Assembly (NCBI GenBank): GCA_040954595.2
Contig: CM082593.2
Span: 7,166,043-7,230,042 of the forward strand
Source: Balanoglossus misakiensis
Taxonomy: Eukaryota; Animalia; Hemichordata
DNA length: 64,000 nucleotides
Reading direction: 5' to 3'
In this document: piece after piece, positions 12,801-24,800 of the stretch
Layout of the letters: each line of letters opens with the position of its first letter
How positions within the stretch are numbered: the stretch's first letter is position 1
Notes under the pieces: generated by a model
Database searches by the model: none
What the model saw: the letters and a program-made list of their open reading frames with translations, nothing else
What the model was told of the DNA's origin: nothing
Translations under genes and position numbers: made by a program

Positions 12801-15800
12801 GCGAGTTTTTCACTCTCGTGTTTATAAGTGAGATGGAAGTTGTGTGTGGTCGAACATTGATTCACTATATATCAACATGTAGACTAACATAAATGGTGTC
12901 TTGTATCAAACATAATTAATGGAAAAAGGGCAGCGATAGAGAGACTTTGTCCCTTTAATTAAATGGCACATGACAAAATGATTCCAGTACATGTAGATTG
13001 AGTTGTGTGTGTTGTGTGTGTGTGTGTGGGGGGGGGGGGGATCAATTAGGGACCCTTGTCTTTGGACCAGCTCGTTCCTTTCTCAGGTAAATGCTTGAAA
13101 GGGACCTCCCTGGTGTCCATTATTGATTAATTAGAATTACTAGTCCTGTCTTAATTACCACCGGGGTGTCAAAGCTGAAGGACGACAGTCTCTTGGTCGT
13201 CTGCCACATTCTGTGAAAAAAAAAAGAACAGGGTGATGTACATGTATCTGTTTGCGATGAATTCCGTCACACATATCGGTTTTGTCCTGGTCAGTCAGGT
13301 ATCAACCTGTTGAATGACTTTTGCTGTCAGCTAATCATATCCCAGTGCCCCGATGTCTCCCACAAGTCTTTGTCTAAATGCATTCTCCTACGCATCGCAG
13401 GCACTCTATGATGCCTGTTTGAAAACACAGGTGTTAATTTACACAGACATACTGGAGACATTTTGGTTAAGGAGTCGTTTTGCCCATAGTCTGAATCAAA
13501 CAGTGCGTTTTGTAGATTGTGTACGCCCCGACCCTCCCAAAGGCAAGATGCATGCATGGCACATCAACCCACTCACAACCCTACTTTGGAATATTCCATT
13601 GTCTTCTGTAGTCAAGTCAGTCCCATATCCCAAGAATTGGGGTTAAAGGGGAGGGGTGTTGAACAAAACCTTGGTGGTACATTTTTTGCTGACTGGATGC
13701 AACAAACTAAAGCTAGACATGTTTTCAGGCTTCTGAAATATAGCCAGACTTGTCAACTTAGGCATTTACAGTTATTAAGTGAAAAGTACTTGAGGTCCTG
13801 GTTCATCCTTCAGGTCAGACAAAAGATGTGTATAACACATGTGCTGCTCATAACAGAACAAAATCCAGTCGACATTGCAAATTCTGACTGTAAATCAATG
13901 TATCCTTACAAGAACCTTAGAGCATGTATCCAGTCTGTGAGAGTCCATGTACTAAAATAGATTAGGTTTTCCAGTCTCCCAGTATATCTGTCATTGATTT
14001 ACAGTTTTGAATATGATTTTATGGTACATTGCCCCTCGATACAATATTCAGACACAATTATTTGTCCAAACAGTACTTTGGAATGTACTGTATGACAACA
14101 ATGTAGCATGCTGTAACTGTCATTACCGATTCATAAAAGCAGAATACTACAGTAATCAGTCCCCTGTGCATTCATACAATTGTGAATTGGAATTGAGCAT
14201 AACTCATTTGCATATCTAGTCATATGTTAATATAGATTCCAGCAGTGTCCAGGAACTTCAAGTTGGTTCTTCGTATGCCAATGGTGCCAGAAAGGTCAAT
14301 TAAAACTTTTCCCTGATGAGATGAGATGAGATGAGAATTTTGATCCTGCATATTTGATATCGATCGAGATTTGCTCAAAATTTCTTGAAATTTGCAAGCA
14401 GCTGGATACAGCTGTCCGTATGCAGACATTGCTGATTTCATATTGCTTGCTATTTCGAGCGTGTTTAGTTATCCCCAAATGGCCAACTATCACCAAACTG
14501 ATATGCAGGACCATTCATGGATTTGTCAGTTTGTCAGGTTTTGTGTACATTATGGTATTCTGGTTTGACCATGTACCAGGGCTGTGATTATTGGCCGAAA
14601 CTGCCAGCGAAAACCTTCAATCTACAGTCTCTATATCGATAAGACCAGATCATGCACACACTGTATTGCATGTATGTTTGATGGAACAGACCAAATAATA
14701 AATCAGTAATTTTTCCATCAGTATGTTCCTATGTTCCTAATATCACTGGTGTGAGAGTGATCTGTTATGATAGAACATGACTGCTGCCAGTATGAATCAA
14801 GTCCTCCCTGATTATTCCAATGTTGGCTGTGTTAAGTATTTTCACAGCGAAGAATTTCCCAATTACTACATACAAGATCAAGCTCTCATCAATCTTCCAT
14901 CACAGAAAACAGGAATGTATAGTATCCCTGAATGTGCTCATCTCATAAGTATGTTTTGAAAGCCAGATTATATTATTTGTGTGGGGCGTCTGCATACTTA
15001 TTAGCCCGTGACAAAACAGGCTTTTCACGCCATAAGGGGATTAGGCAACCCGCTTTTCATTGTGCTTGTCCTATTGAGGAAAACAAGTTCAAAGTTAACT
15101 CCCGTTGTTCGACTGCACAATGTGAGCGTTGAGAGTTCGCAGCTGTGTCAATGTACAGTTTTGCTTGCAGGTGTCATGCGTAGGAATTCAGCTTTTTTAC
15201 CTGCAGCAGAGCATGATGTGGTAAACCCATCAGAAAAGTCGTGTTGAGATTGTATTGCTCAACAGTCTTGAATAGACCATTTTCAGAACTCCATGAGAAC
15301 CTGTGAGATTTTGCTTGGCTAAGCAATTTATATGGGAGGGACATTCTCATGTGACACAGGACAAACAACACATAGCCGATCGTGTTGAACAGCACAAAAG
15401 TTGCAATTTTTGTTTAACACTACATGTAGTTTCATACAAAGTTTGACTTGTTTTACTTGGCTAGCCTGGTGCTACGGCAAGTCGCATGAGATCTCGCAAT
15501 TAGTGGAAAATCATCTATCTACATGTAGCTTGAAGTAATTTTCTGGTTCTGTGACCCTGACAACTAGCTCCTAGACTTGTTTCTTACATTGTCCATGTGT
15601 AAGATGCAGTCCTTGCCTGTCAAACACAAGCCAGGCTTTTCCCATCCATTCCGGTGCACAGTGAGAACTTCTTGTCAAAAAGCCACCTTTGTTACATCTG
15701 TCCCCGGCAGAAATACAGTAGCTATTAACTCTGACCATGGCGGTTAAAAGGCAGAAATCCAAGTTCAAGTTCCATTCCCACGGGTTGAAAGAAAAACTGG

Positions 15801-18800
15801 GAAAGTAATCAGAGTGTTTGTGAGAAAGGGTTTCTTTGTGTGAGTGGGCTAGTTCAATTTCCGGATGTTCCGTGTAACCGTGGTGCCAACAGAGATTTAG
15901 CCATTATCTTGTGAGTGTAGCTTTAATGATCATTGGCATGAGAGATAATTAAGGTCAAGTTTGTTGTTCTGGAGGAAGGGACGATTAGTGAGTTATGGGA
16001 AATCTGTGCTTTTGTCACGGTGGTGTTTTGGTCGACAGTTTTCCGTGAATGCGTCTTCTATTGTGTGACTGATGGGTGGTCTGGTGGTTTTCCGTGTGCA
16101 GATAATGAAAATGACCCACCCCAAGTACGTGTGCGTACGACTGCGATTGAATGAAATCAGCGGGGAATCGTGGTTTTTGCACGCTCTGGTTCTTTTTTTC
16201 AAGAGGTTCACTTTTGCCAAGATAGTGAAATAATTCTCTGGGATTGTTTCCCCTGTCTCGCCCGAAAGCAATTCACGTCTTGAAGCAATCCATCTGTCAT
16301 GAAATTAAATTACATGTACCAGTGAGTCGGCAACCAGAGCTTATGGGAAACGAAAACCAGCTTCCTGTAGTGCTGAATTGGCTACCAGGAACCTTATCAG
16401 ACACTGGCGATGCTGACAGTAGACACTAGCATGTACCGGGTACACTACACGTAACATCCCCAGTAAAAATCTGCAGTCATAATGATATTTGCCCAGCACA
16501 GACCACTGCACCCATCAGCTCTGCCTGAATGTTTGTAAATATTTACAATGTCCTCTCAAGTCCATAAAGCCTCCAATAGGCAGTAAAAATCATCTGGTTT
16601 GTCCTCAAGTATTTAGGTCAGCTGGGAAGTGTTGGACTGGTGGATAAGATCAGTCTTGGCAGTTCAAGGACATTCAGATTAAATTAATCCTGTTCTCTCT
16701 CCTCGTGTTCACTTGAAAGTTCTGTGAGAGTCTTTCCTCGCGAGCGTCGTTTCTCGTTGAATTCTTCTCCCTCGTGATACTGACAGCTGGTGCATTCCTC
16801 GGCATTTTCATTCTGAAAAAAAAATTGCCTGGAGTTCAAAGTTCAGAATTTCCGACTGGTACCATATGATATGTCTATTCTCGATTAGAACTTTGTCACT
16901 GAACATTTTATGAGGAGACGTCTAGCTTCATTCATAAGTTTCTCCCCCTTATTTCTGACAAATAGACTTCAGTTATGACACATAAAAGTGAGAAAATGAG
17001 AAAATACCAATACATTATGTTCAAGCTGATATTGCCATGCGTTTGTATAACCAACAAATTTACTTCACTGTTTGCATTTTAGTAGTAGTGAGGTTTATTA
17101 TAGTAAACAGTGGATGTCATCTTGGTGTGGAAATTCTAGCTTGGTTCAGTGCCAGCCTAGCTGGGTTCCGGGGGTATGGTAGAGAGGGTGGGTTATGATA
17201 ATGTCTAGCTGTAAAATTTGAGTGTGGATGCCTTAAAGGGACAAAGTCTCTCTCTCGCTGCATTTTTTTCCATTAATTATATTTGATACAAGACACCGTT
17301 TGTTATTCTACATGTCGATATATAGTGAATCAACTTCCATCCCTCTTATAGACAGGAGAGTGAAAAAACTCGCCAAAATGAATAATCGTTCTTTACCATT
17401 TATTCATTTTGGGCGAGTTTTTACTCTCATATCATACAAGTGGGATGGAAGTTGTGTGTGGTTTAACGTTGATTCACTACATGTATATATCCACATGTAC
17501 ATTAACATAAACGGTGTCTTGTATCAAACATAATTAATGGAAAAGGGGCAGCTGGAGAGAGACTTTGTCCCTTTAAGCTGGCAGTATCAACAGTGAGAAT
17601 TAACTCTCTTCAGTTTGGACACAGACTGACCAATACGTATGGGCGCTAACTTTAAAAGTGCAAGTGTATAGATACAGTCCAAATTGCAGATCTCTAACCC
17701 ACAGGGGAGTCGTGCAGCCATGGCAAGGTCCATTGATAAATGTTATGTGCGAGCACGATTAGAGTCAGTATCGGGAAAACTGTCAACAGACAATAAGGTC
17801 ATTAGCAGATTCAAATGCATGCATTCATAAGCGAAACCGGTATCACTATCAGGACAGGGACTGATAATAAAGAATACTTTAATTTCTTGTCAAGTTCATT
17901 ATTGTTTTGAATGCAACATCAAAAGGTGGTCACAGGTACATTGTTTTAAAAAACTTCACTTGAAATTCATATTTTGTACTGTATGCAAAATATGCCGGTT
18001 CTCGTGCAGAGTAAAGCTTTTGTAATTTGAATGAAAATATCAAATGAAATGTTGTTTATGAAAATTTTTGTGAGCTCATAAAACAATGGAAGGTTAAGAA
18101 CATTGTGCAGGCATTGCCCGTAAATTGAATTAATTTTTTAAAAGAAATGCTTTCTATGAAAAGTTCCGGTAGCTCATAAAAACGACGGAAGGTTGAGGAC
18201 ATTGCTCAGGCATCGCACGTACGGTCGAACTCTGAAGTGTGACTTCTCTCCAGTTTGCCGTCTCTAACGACAGACGACACCCTCGTTGCCCATCATCGAG
18301 TTGACAACTTGTCCAGCTAAGTCAACTGGCTGCATAGTATAAAAGTAACTGTACACCCGCAATTTGAGCTTTGAAGTGTCCTCTCTTCTGCAACTCGGAG
18401 CTCATTGTACTTGCGACCGAAGAGAATGTTTAAAGTGGCCCCCGAAGTTTGCGTTCACCCCAGACAGCTCCTGCAGATTGATCGGTCATATACCACAGTG
18501 TGTTTGTCAGTTTGACCTTTGACACATTGACCGGCCCATCTCTGGTTCGCTCTTTCACATTTAGGTCATTTTTTCGGGAGTCGACGAGCTGACTTTTTTA
18601 GATTCTGGAAATCTTCAGAATGACAACGTTAGTCTATGAAGTTGTATCGATGTTGATTTATTGGGACATAATAAGGATTGATTTCTATTGAGAAGTTTCA
18701 TTGGGCCACGTAAAAACATAAACACCAATGGCAATTGGTGACTTTAATGCTTTAGGATGACAGGTACCAATTGGTCTTCACTGTGAAACTTTTCCGATGT

Positions 18801-21800
18801 TCTTGTTAGTGTTACTCATGAGATGTCTGGGAATCAGATACAATGTACATTTGGCATATGATGCATCTGGGTAAAATCTAACATGTGGTAAAGGTCAAAC
18901 AAATTGTATGAAGCATAATTAATTCATAAGTATTTAATAAATGGTGTACTTGTTTTTATGAAATATTGGAAGGATACTGGATTACTTGCTGAAACGTGAG
19001 TGAATATTGCCAAATGTTTAAAAAGACATGGTAAAGCTTGTAAACCCTTGTAAGTGGTTATTTAAATTTGTCTGTGTTTCAATGGAAGTGCCTTGGGTGT
19101 TAGATCTGAAGTTTTAAATCTCATCACAAAACTGCAAGGTCCACCTTGATGTTTGGATGGGGAGTTCTAACGCTGGGAAAATCCTTCAAGTAGGAAAATG
19201 TGATGTGATGAGTACCACTTGTGAGTCTCACAGACCAGTAATACCATTAGAGTGGCCAGAACGTTATTCTCCAGGACACCCCTTCCCATGGCCATCGACA
19301 CATCAGCTGTGTATCACCATAGACCCTGGTCTATGGTATTACCAGATTTTGTCTCTCAAGTGTCCCCGAAAAGAAGGCGCCTTTTGTTCCGCTACAGGAA
19401 GTGAACGACCCAGCTTACAGCTCGCTGGAAAAACTTGTTTTGCAGCAGTGGAGGTCTGAAGAGAAAAGCAGTCTGACATGAATGAAGTGTGTCTCACATT
19501 CATGTACTGTTGGATAACAAGAGGTTTGATAGAGGTTAGGGTTTTGTAAGGTCACTTGCAGGCACTCTGCTGGATAATTATTTGTGGAGGAATTTATTCG
19601 TCGTACTTAAACCGTTACTGCAAACATTTCTGAGAGATATGCAATGAATCTGACGAGAGTAAATTAAACTTGCAATTTGAGTGTATTTGTGATCGGTGTT
19701 TTGTCTCGTAGAAATAAATTTTAATTATGGGGCAGAAACTTGCTGAATATGCAAATAATAAATAAAGAGGATTTCATCAGGATATCACAGTTGGAGAGAC
19801 ATTTTGCCTGTTGATGTCATTTACATGATCACACATGACTGTTGCTATCTCACACCCCTCTACAGCTTGATATGGGTTCACCCATCTGCCACACTATAAT
19901 AGTCCCTAGTTCAGGTCATCCCAAATATCTGCGTTTGCTCGGGGGTGTCCTTGAAATATTCCAGACATCAAGGATCAATGTCGGGGACTAATACGGGAAC
20001 GTCGAACGGAACATTCTTGGAGGGATTCTTAATGTTGTATGGCTGCCACGAGGTTAATTACTGTAAATTGCTATGTAGGGGTCAGTGGTCAATGAACGAG
20101 GTAGTACTAGTAGTTACAATTATGCAGCCTGCATGCTGGGATACCAATGAATGAGGTCAAAGGTAAAACAAGCTGAAGTTATTTCGGGCCATAGGTCAGC
20201 TATAATAGTTTTCAAGTTGTATGTACATTAGCACATACATCAAAATGTGAAGTGCCTATAGTTGTTGTATTTGTGTAAGAAATAATGTTTCATGGTGCAT
20301 GACAGACTAACCAAAACATTCTCTTGCTCTACTTTGTAGGGTCATGTAAGTATCATGTTGACTTGAAAAATGACATGTTTTGCTTGCAAGCAGTGAGAAT
20401 AAAATGCTGTGATAAGAATTAATCTTGTCAGAAAAAAAAATTCTTAAAAATTATGTATTAAAAGTAAGAGCACTTTGAATTTTTGCTGCTATAAAAGTAA
20501 CAGTGTTCCAGCATGGTACAATAATTCAGTGGTCATCAAAGTTGATAATTATATGTACGTCTCCATCCAACACAACATTTTTTCCTTTGGAAACTGTGAA
20601 AGTAAAGATAGTGACTGTGCATTGGTCTGCTGTGAATACACTGTGTGAAAAACGCAATGTTGCTTTGTGTTTTCGTACAAAAATTAGAATGTTGCAAGAA
20701 AAAACACTGTTATTGTTTTTCTTGTGCACACGGCAATACTAAGTGAGCAGTGCTTGCTGTTTAACTTTTGGGAAAAGAAATTCAGCCGGAGAAAACATTG
20801 TCAGTGACCAAAATGGCACCCAAACGACTCAAGGGATGATTCAAACTGACCGACTGCACATCCGCGATCATGATCTCTGCATTCATATTGGCAAAGTAAG
20901 TTACAATTCTGAGCCAAACGCTAAAATCTGAATTAAAAGGCGTGACAGGGAACTTTGTAGTTGACACTATAATACAAGGTCACCGGCAGTTTTCCATTTC
21001 AAAAGGCTGGCTATCAAGCAGGAGATGTTTATACCCAAAGTGTTCCGATTAATCAGGGTCATGGTTCTGTGAATAAGCCCGCACAGTACAAGCCGGGCTA
21101 TAAATACGCGCAGTGTCTCAGTGTCGACAATGAGCTTCAGGTGGCTATTGGGCATGACAGGGGGTGTCGCCCTTCAGTGGGCGTGTCAGGGGGTGTCACC
21201 CTCCAGCGGGCGGCAACAATAGGTGGCTTTGTGCGCATCCAATCGAGCTTGTAGTTCGAAACGTCTGCCTCATGTCTCTGCCTGTAAACTACCGCAGTTG
21301 AACTCCGTAACTCGTCCTCATATAAGATTCTGAGCTTCAGAATAACTTGTTCACATGGGCATTGGCAAAGGTGATGACAAAGTTTGTGATGGTGTCAAAT
21401 TCGCTTTCCTTCAGTTGGACCCAAAGCAAAGATAATCTCTATTCAGATGATTGACAGTGAAAAGCTCATTGCTGCATTTCCAGAGTCAAAAATTCAAGTC
21501 TGAAATTATCTCAATGATGCTATTTACATGTAGAATGTTCTGTTTTGGCTTGGTTTGACCGGTTATGTCATGAAGTACTTGTTGTCCATCTTGGACATAG
21601 TCAGAACCCCTCATCTGCATACTAATGTTTAGTTCACTCATGCTTGAAACTGCTATTTACTGTTATCCTTATCCTGACACTATGAGGCCCTTTTTTGTGA
21701 AAACCCTTTTCACAATCAGCTTAAGTGAATGAAGCTTCCGATTTGCCTAGTTTGTTACCCATAATGCACCTGTCTCCGTGCTCGTTGGTGCGTGCCAAGT

Positions 21801-24800
21801 TCTGGTATGTCAAACTGGTTTATGGCCCATGTGGAAGGTCAAGTTCGGCATATCTTCTGTCAAGTGTCAAGAAAGGAATGTTAGCACAGAACATAAAATT
21901 AAGATGTCCATGTGAAGGTCGACCAAAATCTATGCTTTGTTGTTCGGCCTTTGAGGTGTAAGTTGGTTGGCATTTCTTTTGGTGCGTGGTTTTTGTTTTG
22001 ACTGAAATGAAGTGTGTGTACAAAGTATTTCAGTAATTTACAGCCATGATCTAGACAATGAACCAGCCTCAGTGAAAACAGTGGAATGCTATAGCACAGG
22101 TAAAAGCTAAGTTGAATCCACCTCATCTGCATGACAAAGATCCCTGTTTGACAAAGAAAACTTTCACTAAGTAGAAAGAAATGCGAAACTTCGGCAAATG
22201 ATCAGATTCCTGTTTTTTCCCCTCAAAAACATTGTATTTCTCGTGAAAAGTACAACTGGCAGTACAGTGGTTGGTAATTGCATACAGTGTACCTGCGATT
22301 GTCGTACACTACAGTAGGTCTGGCTGTTCACACCCTGTAGTGTGAATGCATGTCTTTAGAGGGATTATTTACCTGCTCTCCAGAATATTGTCCGTGTGAA
22401 CATCAAGGTCGGATTTCCATCCGGATGAGATCAATGACATTCCAGGTGAACAAGACGTGATTGTGTGGAGTTGGATCAGAAGTGGGTGGATTTCAATCCG
22501 TAGGTTTATTATGAGATGGCCAGCTTTGCCATAGAAAAAAAAAAATGGGTTTGGACCAAACCATGGTGGTAAAAGGGTTGGATGTTTATAAAGGTGAAAT
22601 AAATGCCCCATAAAAAGCAATGTACACAGTACAGATAGACAAAAAACAACAACAACAAAATAAACAGCAAATTGCAAATTTCAGTAAAAGACAGGCAGAA
22701 ATAAAACAGTGACAGTTGCATGTAACACAAATCAAAGCTCTCTTCGAAGGATATAGGTTGGACAGGGGATCCATGATTCCTGCAAACTCATCTTGTGTAG
22801 CAAGGAAAATTCACATCGCTTTATTATCTGTATGGCAATCCTCAAAGTGTAGTAAGTCCCACTGTGGGTTATCAGGCTGAGTTGATCAAAGAATAGCCTT
22901 AGGCAATAGTGGTAGACAGATAATTATATGGAACAGACATTATTTGGAACTATACAAAAGACAATTACCTGGAGAGACCAACGCACGATAGGATGAATGA
23001 AGTTTTTACAGAAAGAGACAGAATAGGCAGAAATCGTCTGTTTCTTAAGATGTCCTGGCATATTCTGTTGACTTCTATTAAAGTCTGAAAGTGCAGAACA
23101 ACAGCTGTAACCTTCTCACCCCCGGTTCCCTCTATAGAGGTCCAACCTTACCATAGAAAACAATGGGTTGGGACTGAACCATGGTGGTGAAAGGGGTTAA
23201 AAAGATTAATTGTGTGGCTCAGGTAACTATCTGATGGGAATCATGCAAAAATTACCTGAGACGAAGATCTGAAGCTTTGCAACCTCCATAAAATAATTAG
23301 CTAGCCACATACCCAGTGTACATTAAATACACTTCCCCAAAATGTAACTGGAAAGGAAAATAAACAAATCCATTATATCATAAAAGAAGTGGTTACTTTA
23401 ACACAAGTATTACTTTTTGTGAAGTATGGAAACGGGTCTCTTACATTGTCCCTAGGGACATGAACTCTGGTAATTGAAAGCAGTACCAATGATTGATTAG
23501 ACTATTGAATGGGGTAAGAAAAAACATGATTGATTCTCTGCTATCACTGAACAATGCTTCCCCAGGGAAATGGATGAACTTAAGAATTAAAAGGTACTTT
23601 GGGATTCAATGGGTTGAGAGCAGAAGTTTAGTAGTTGCATTTTGTTTGTTTGATAAAGTATTCCAAAATGCAAGGCTCACAATTGTACTGTTGAAGGCAG
23701 TGAGTCCACTTGGATGACTGATACTACAGGCAATCAACAGAAGTTATAATTGTCGCAAAATCATTTATGAAGGTGTATCCCAACAAAAAGCAAATTCCTA
23801 ATTTCCGTTTCTTGGCAATGTAATCATCGTAAACTTCACATCTGGCCTTGAAGTTGAAAAGGAACAGAGCTGCCATCTTTTAAAATTTTTGGGTTGAAGA
23901 GTTGTTTTATGTCATTTACTCAGCTGACCCAAGCATGTCAATGTATGTGCAGGTATAACATTACTGTACTGTGGCAACAGAACTTCTTGCATATGTGACC
24001 TACCGGTAAATTATTCCGGAAAATATTTTCATATCTATTTACGAGCAGCGAAAAGACCTCTGCATGACCATTTGATGTTCAGAACAGCGAAAGAAAAAAC
24101 TACCTCAAATAGATTTAAGAGATAACACCTTTCTCCGTATAAAGCCTGACACTTGCCTGCTGGGTAATTGTGACTTGGAGGGAAGGAAGGAGATTTTTAC
24201 ACCGCCATTGTTCCGGATCTCCTAAATTGCAATTAACAGTGTCCCAAATAAATGCCGGCAGACCCCAAGAGATTTGAACTCAAGCGTGGAATTGCTTTGT
24301 GTGACAAATTGCTTTGCAAACAATGAGTTTGCGCTAATTCCTTCTAAAGAGCCGGCATGGGTAGTTGCGTCTGGAAATGCACTGTTCAGATAGTAACTTT
24401 GATTATTGTGAATGTCAAAAATAATGTGATCTGAAATCATACGTTCATGTACTTTTAGAGTAACAGCCAGCTCCAAGCTGAAACAGAAGATTCCCCAATC
24501 ATGGCTGATTGTATCTTACCAACTAAGAAAAGAATGCAAATCAATAAAAAGGGGCCTTTCATAATTTCTCATTTACCTTGCTAAAAGTTGGTTATTGACA
24601 TGTAAATTGTACTGTTACATGCAGTGAAACACTACATAATGATGTGGGAATTGTTTGTGTAGGCTAATACTCATTCAAGAAAGTATTTCTCTCATTGGCT
24701 AATCCATCGCTCATCCTGAAATACCAGGAGAAATCAGCCAGTGGGCTTCTGCCTTTCATGGAGTGTCAGGACAGTTTTGACCCCCTGGACAGTTACCACT

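Noticed and set aside
12680-17533. Two similar ORFs (KLAKMNN.SLPFIHFG) at 12680-12865 (-) and 17300-17533 (+)
   Set aside because: Both lie in the core of MITE family B; the similarity reflects the repeat, not a protein.
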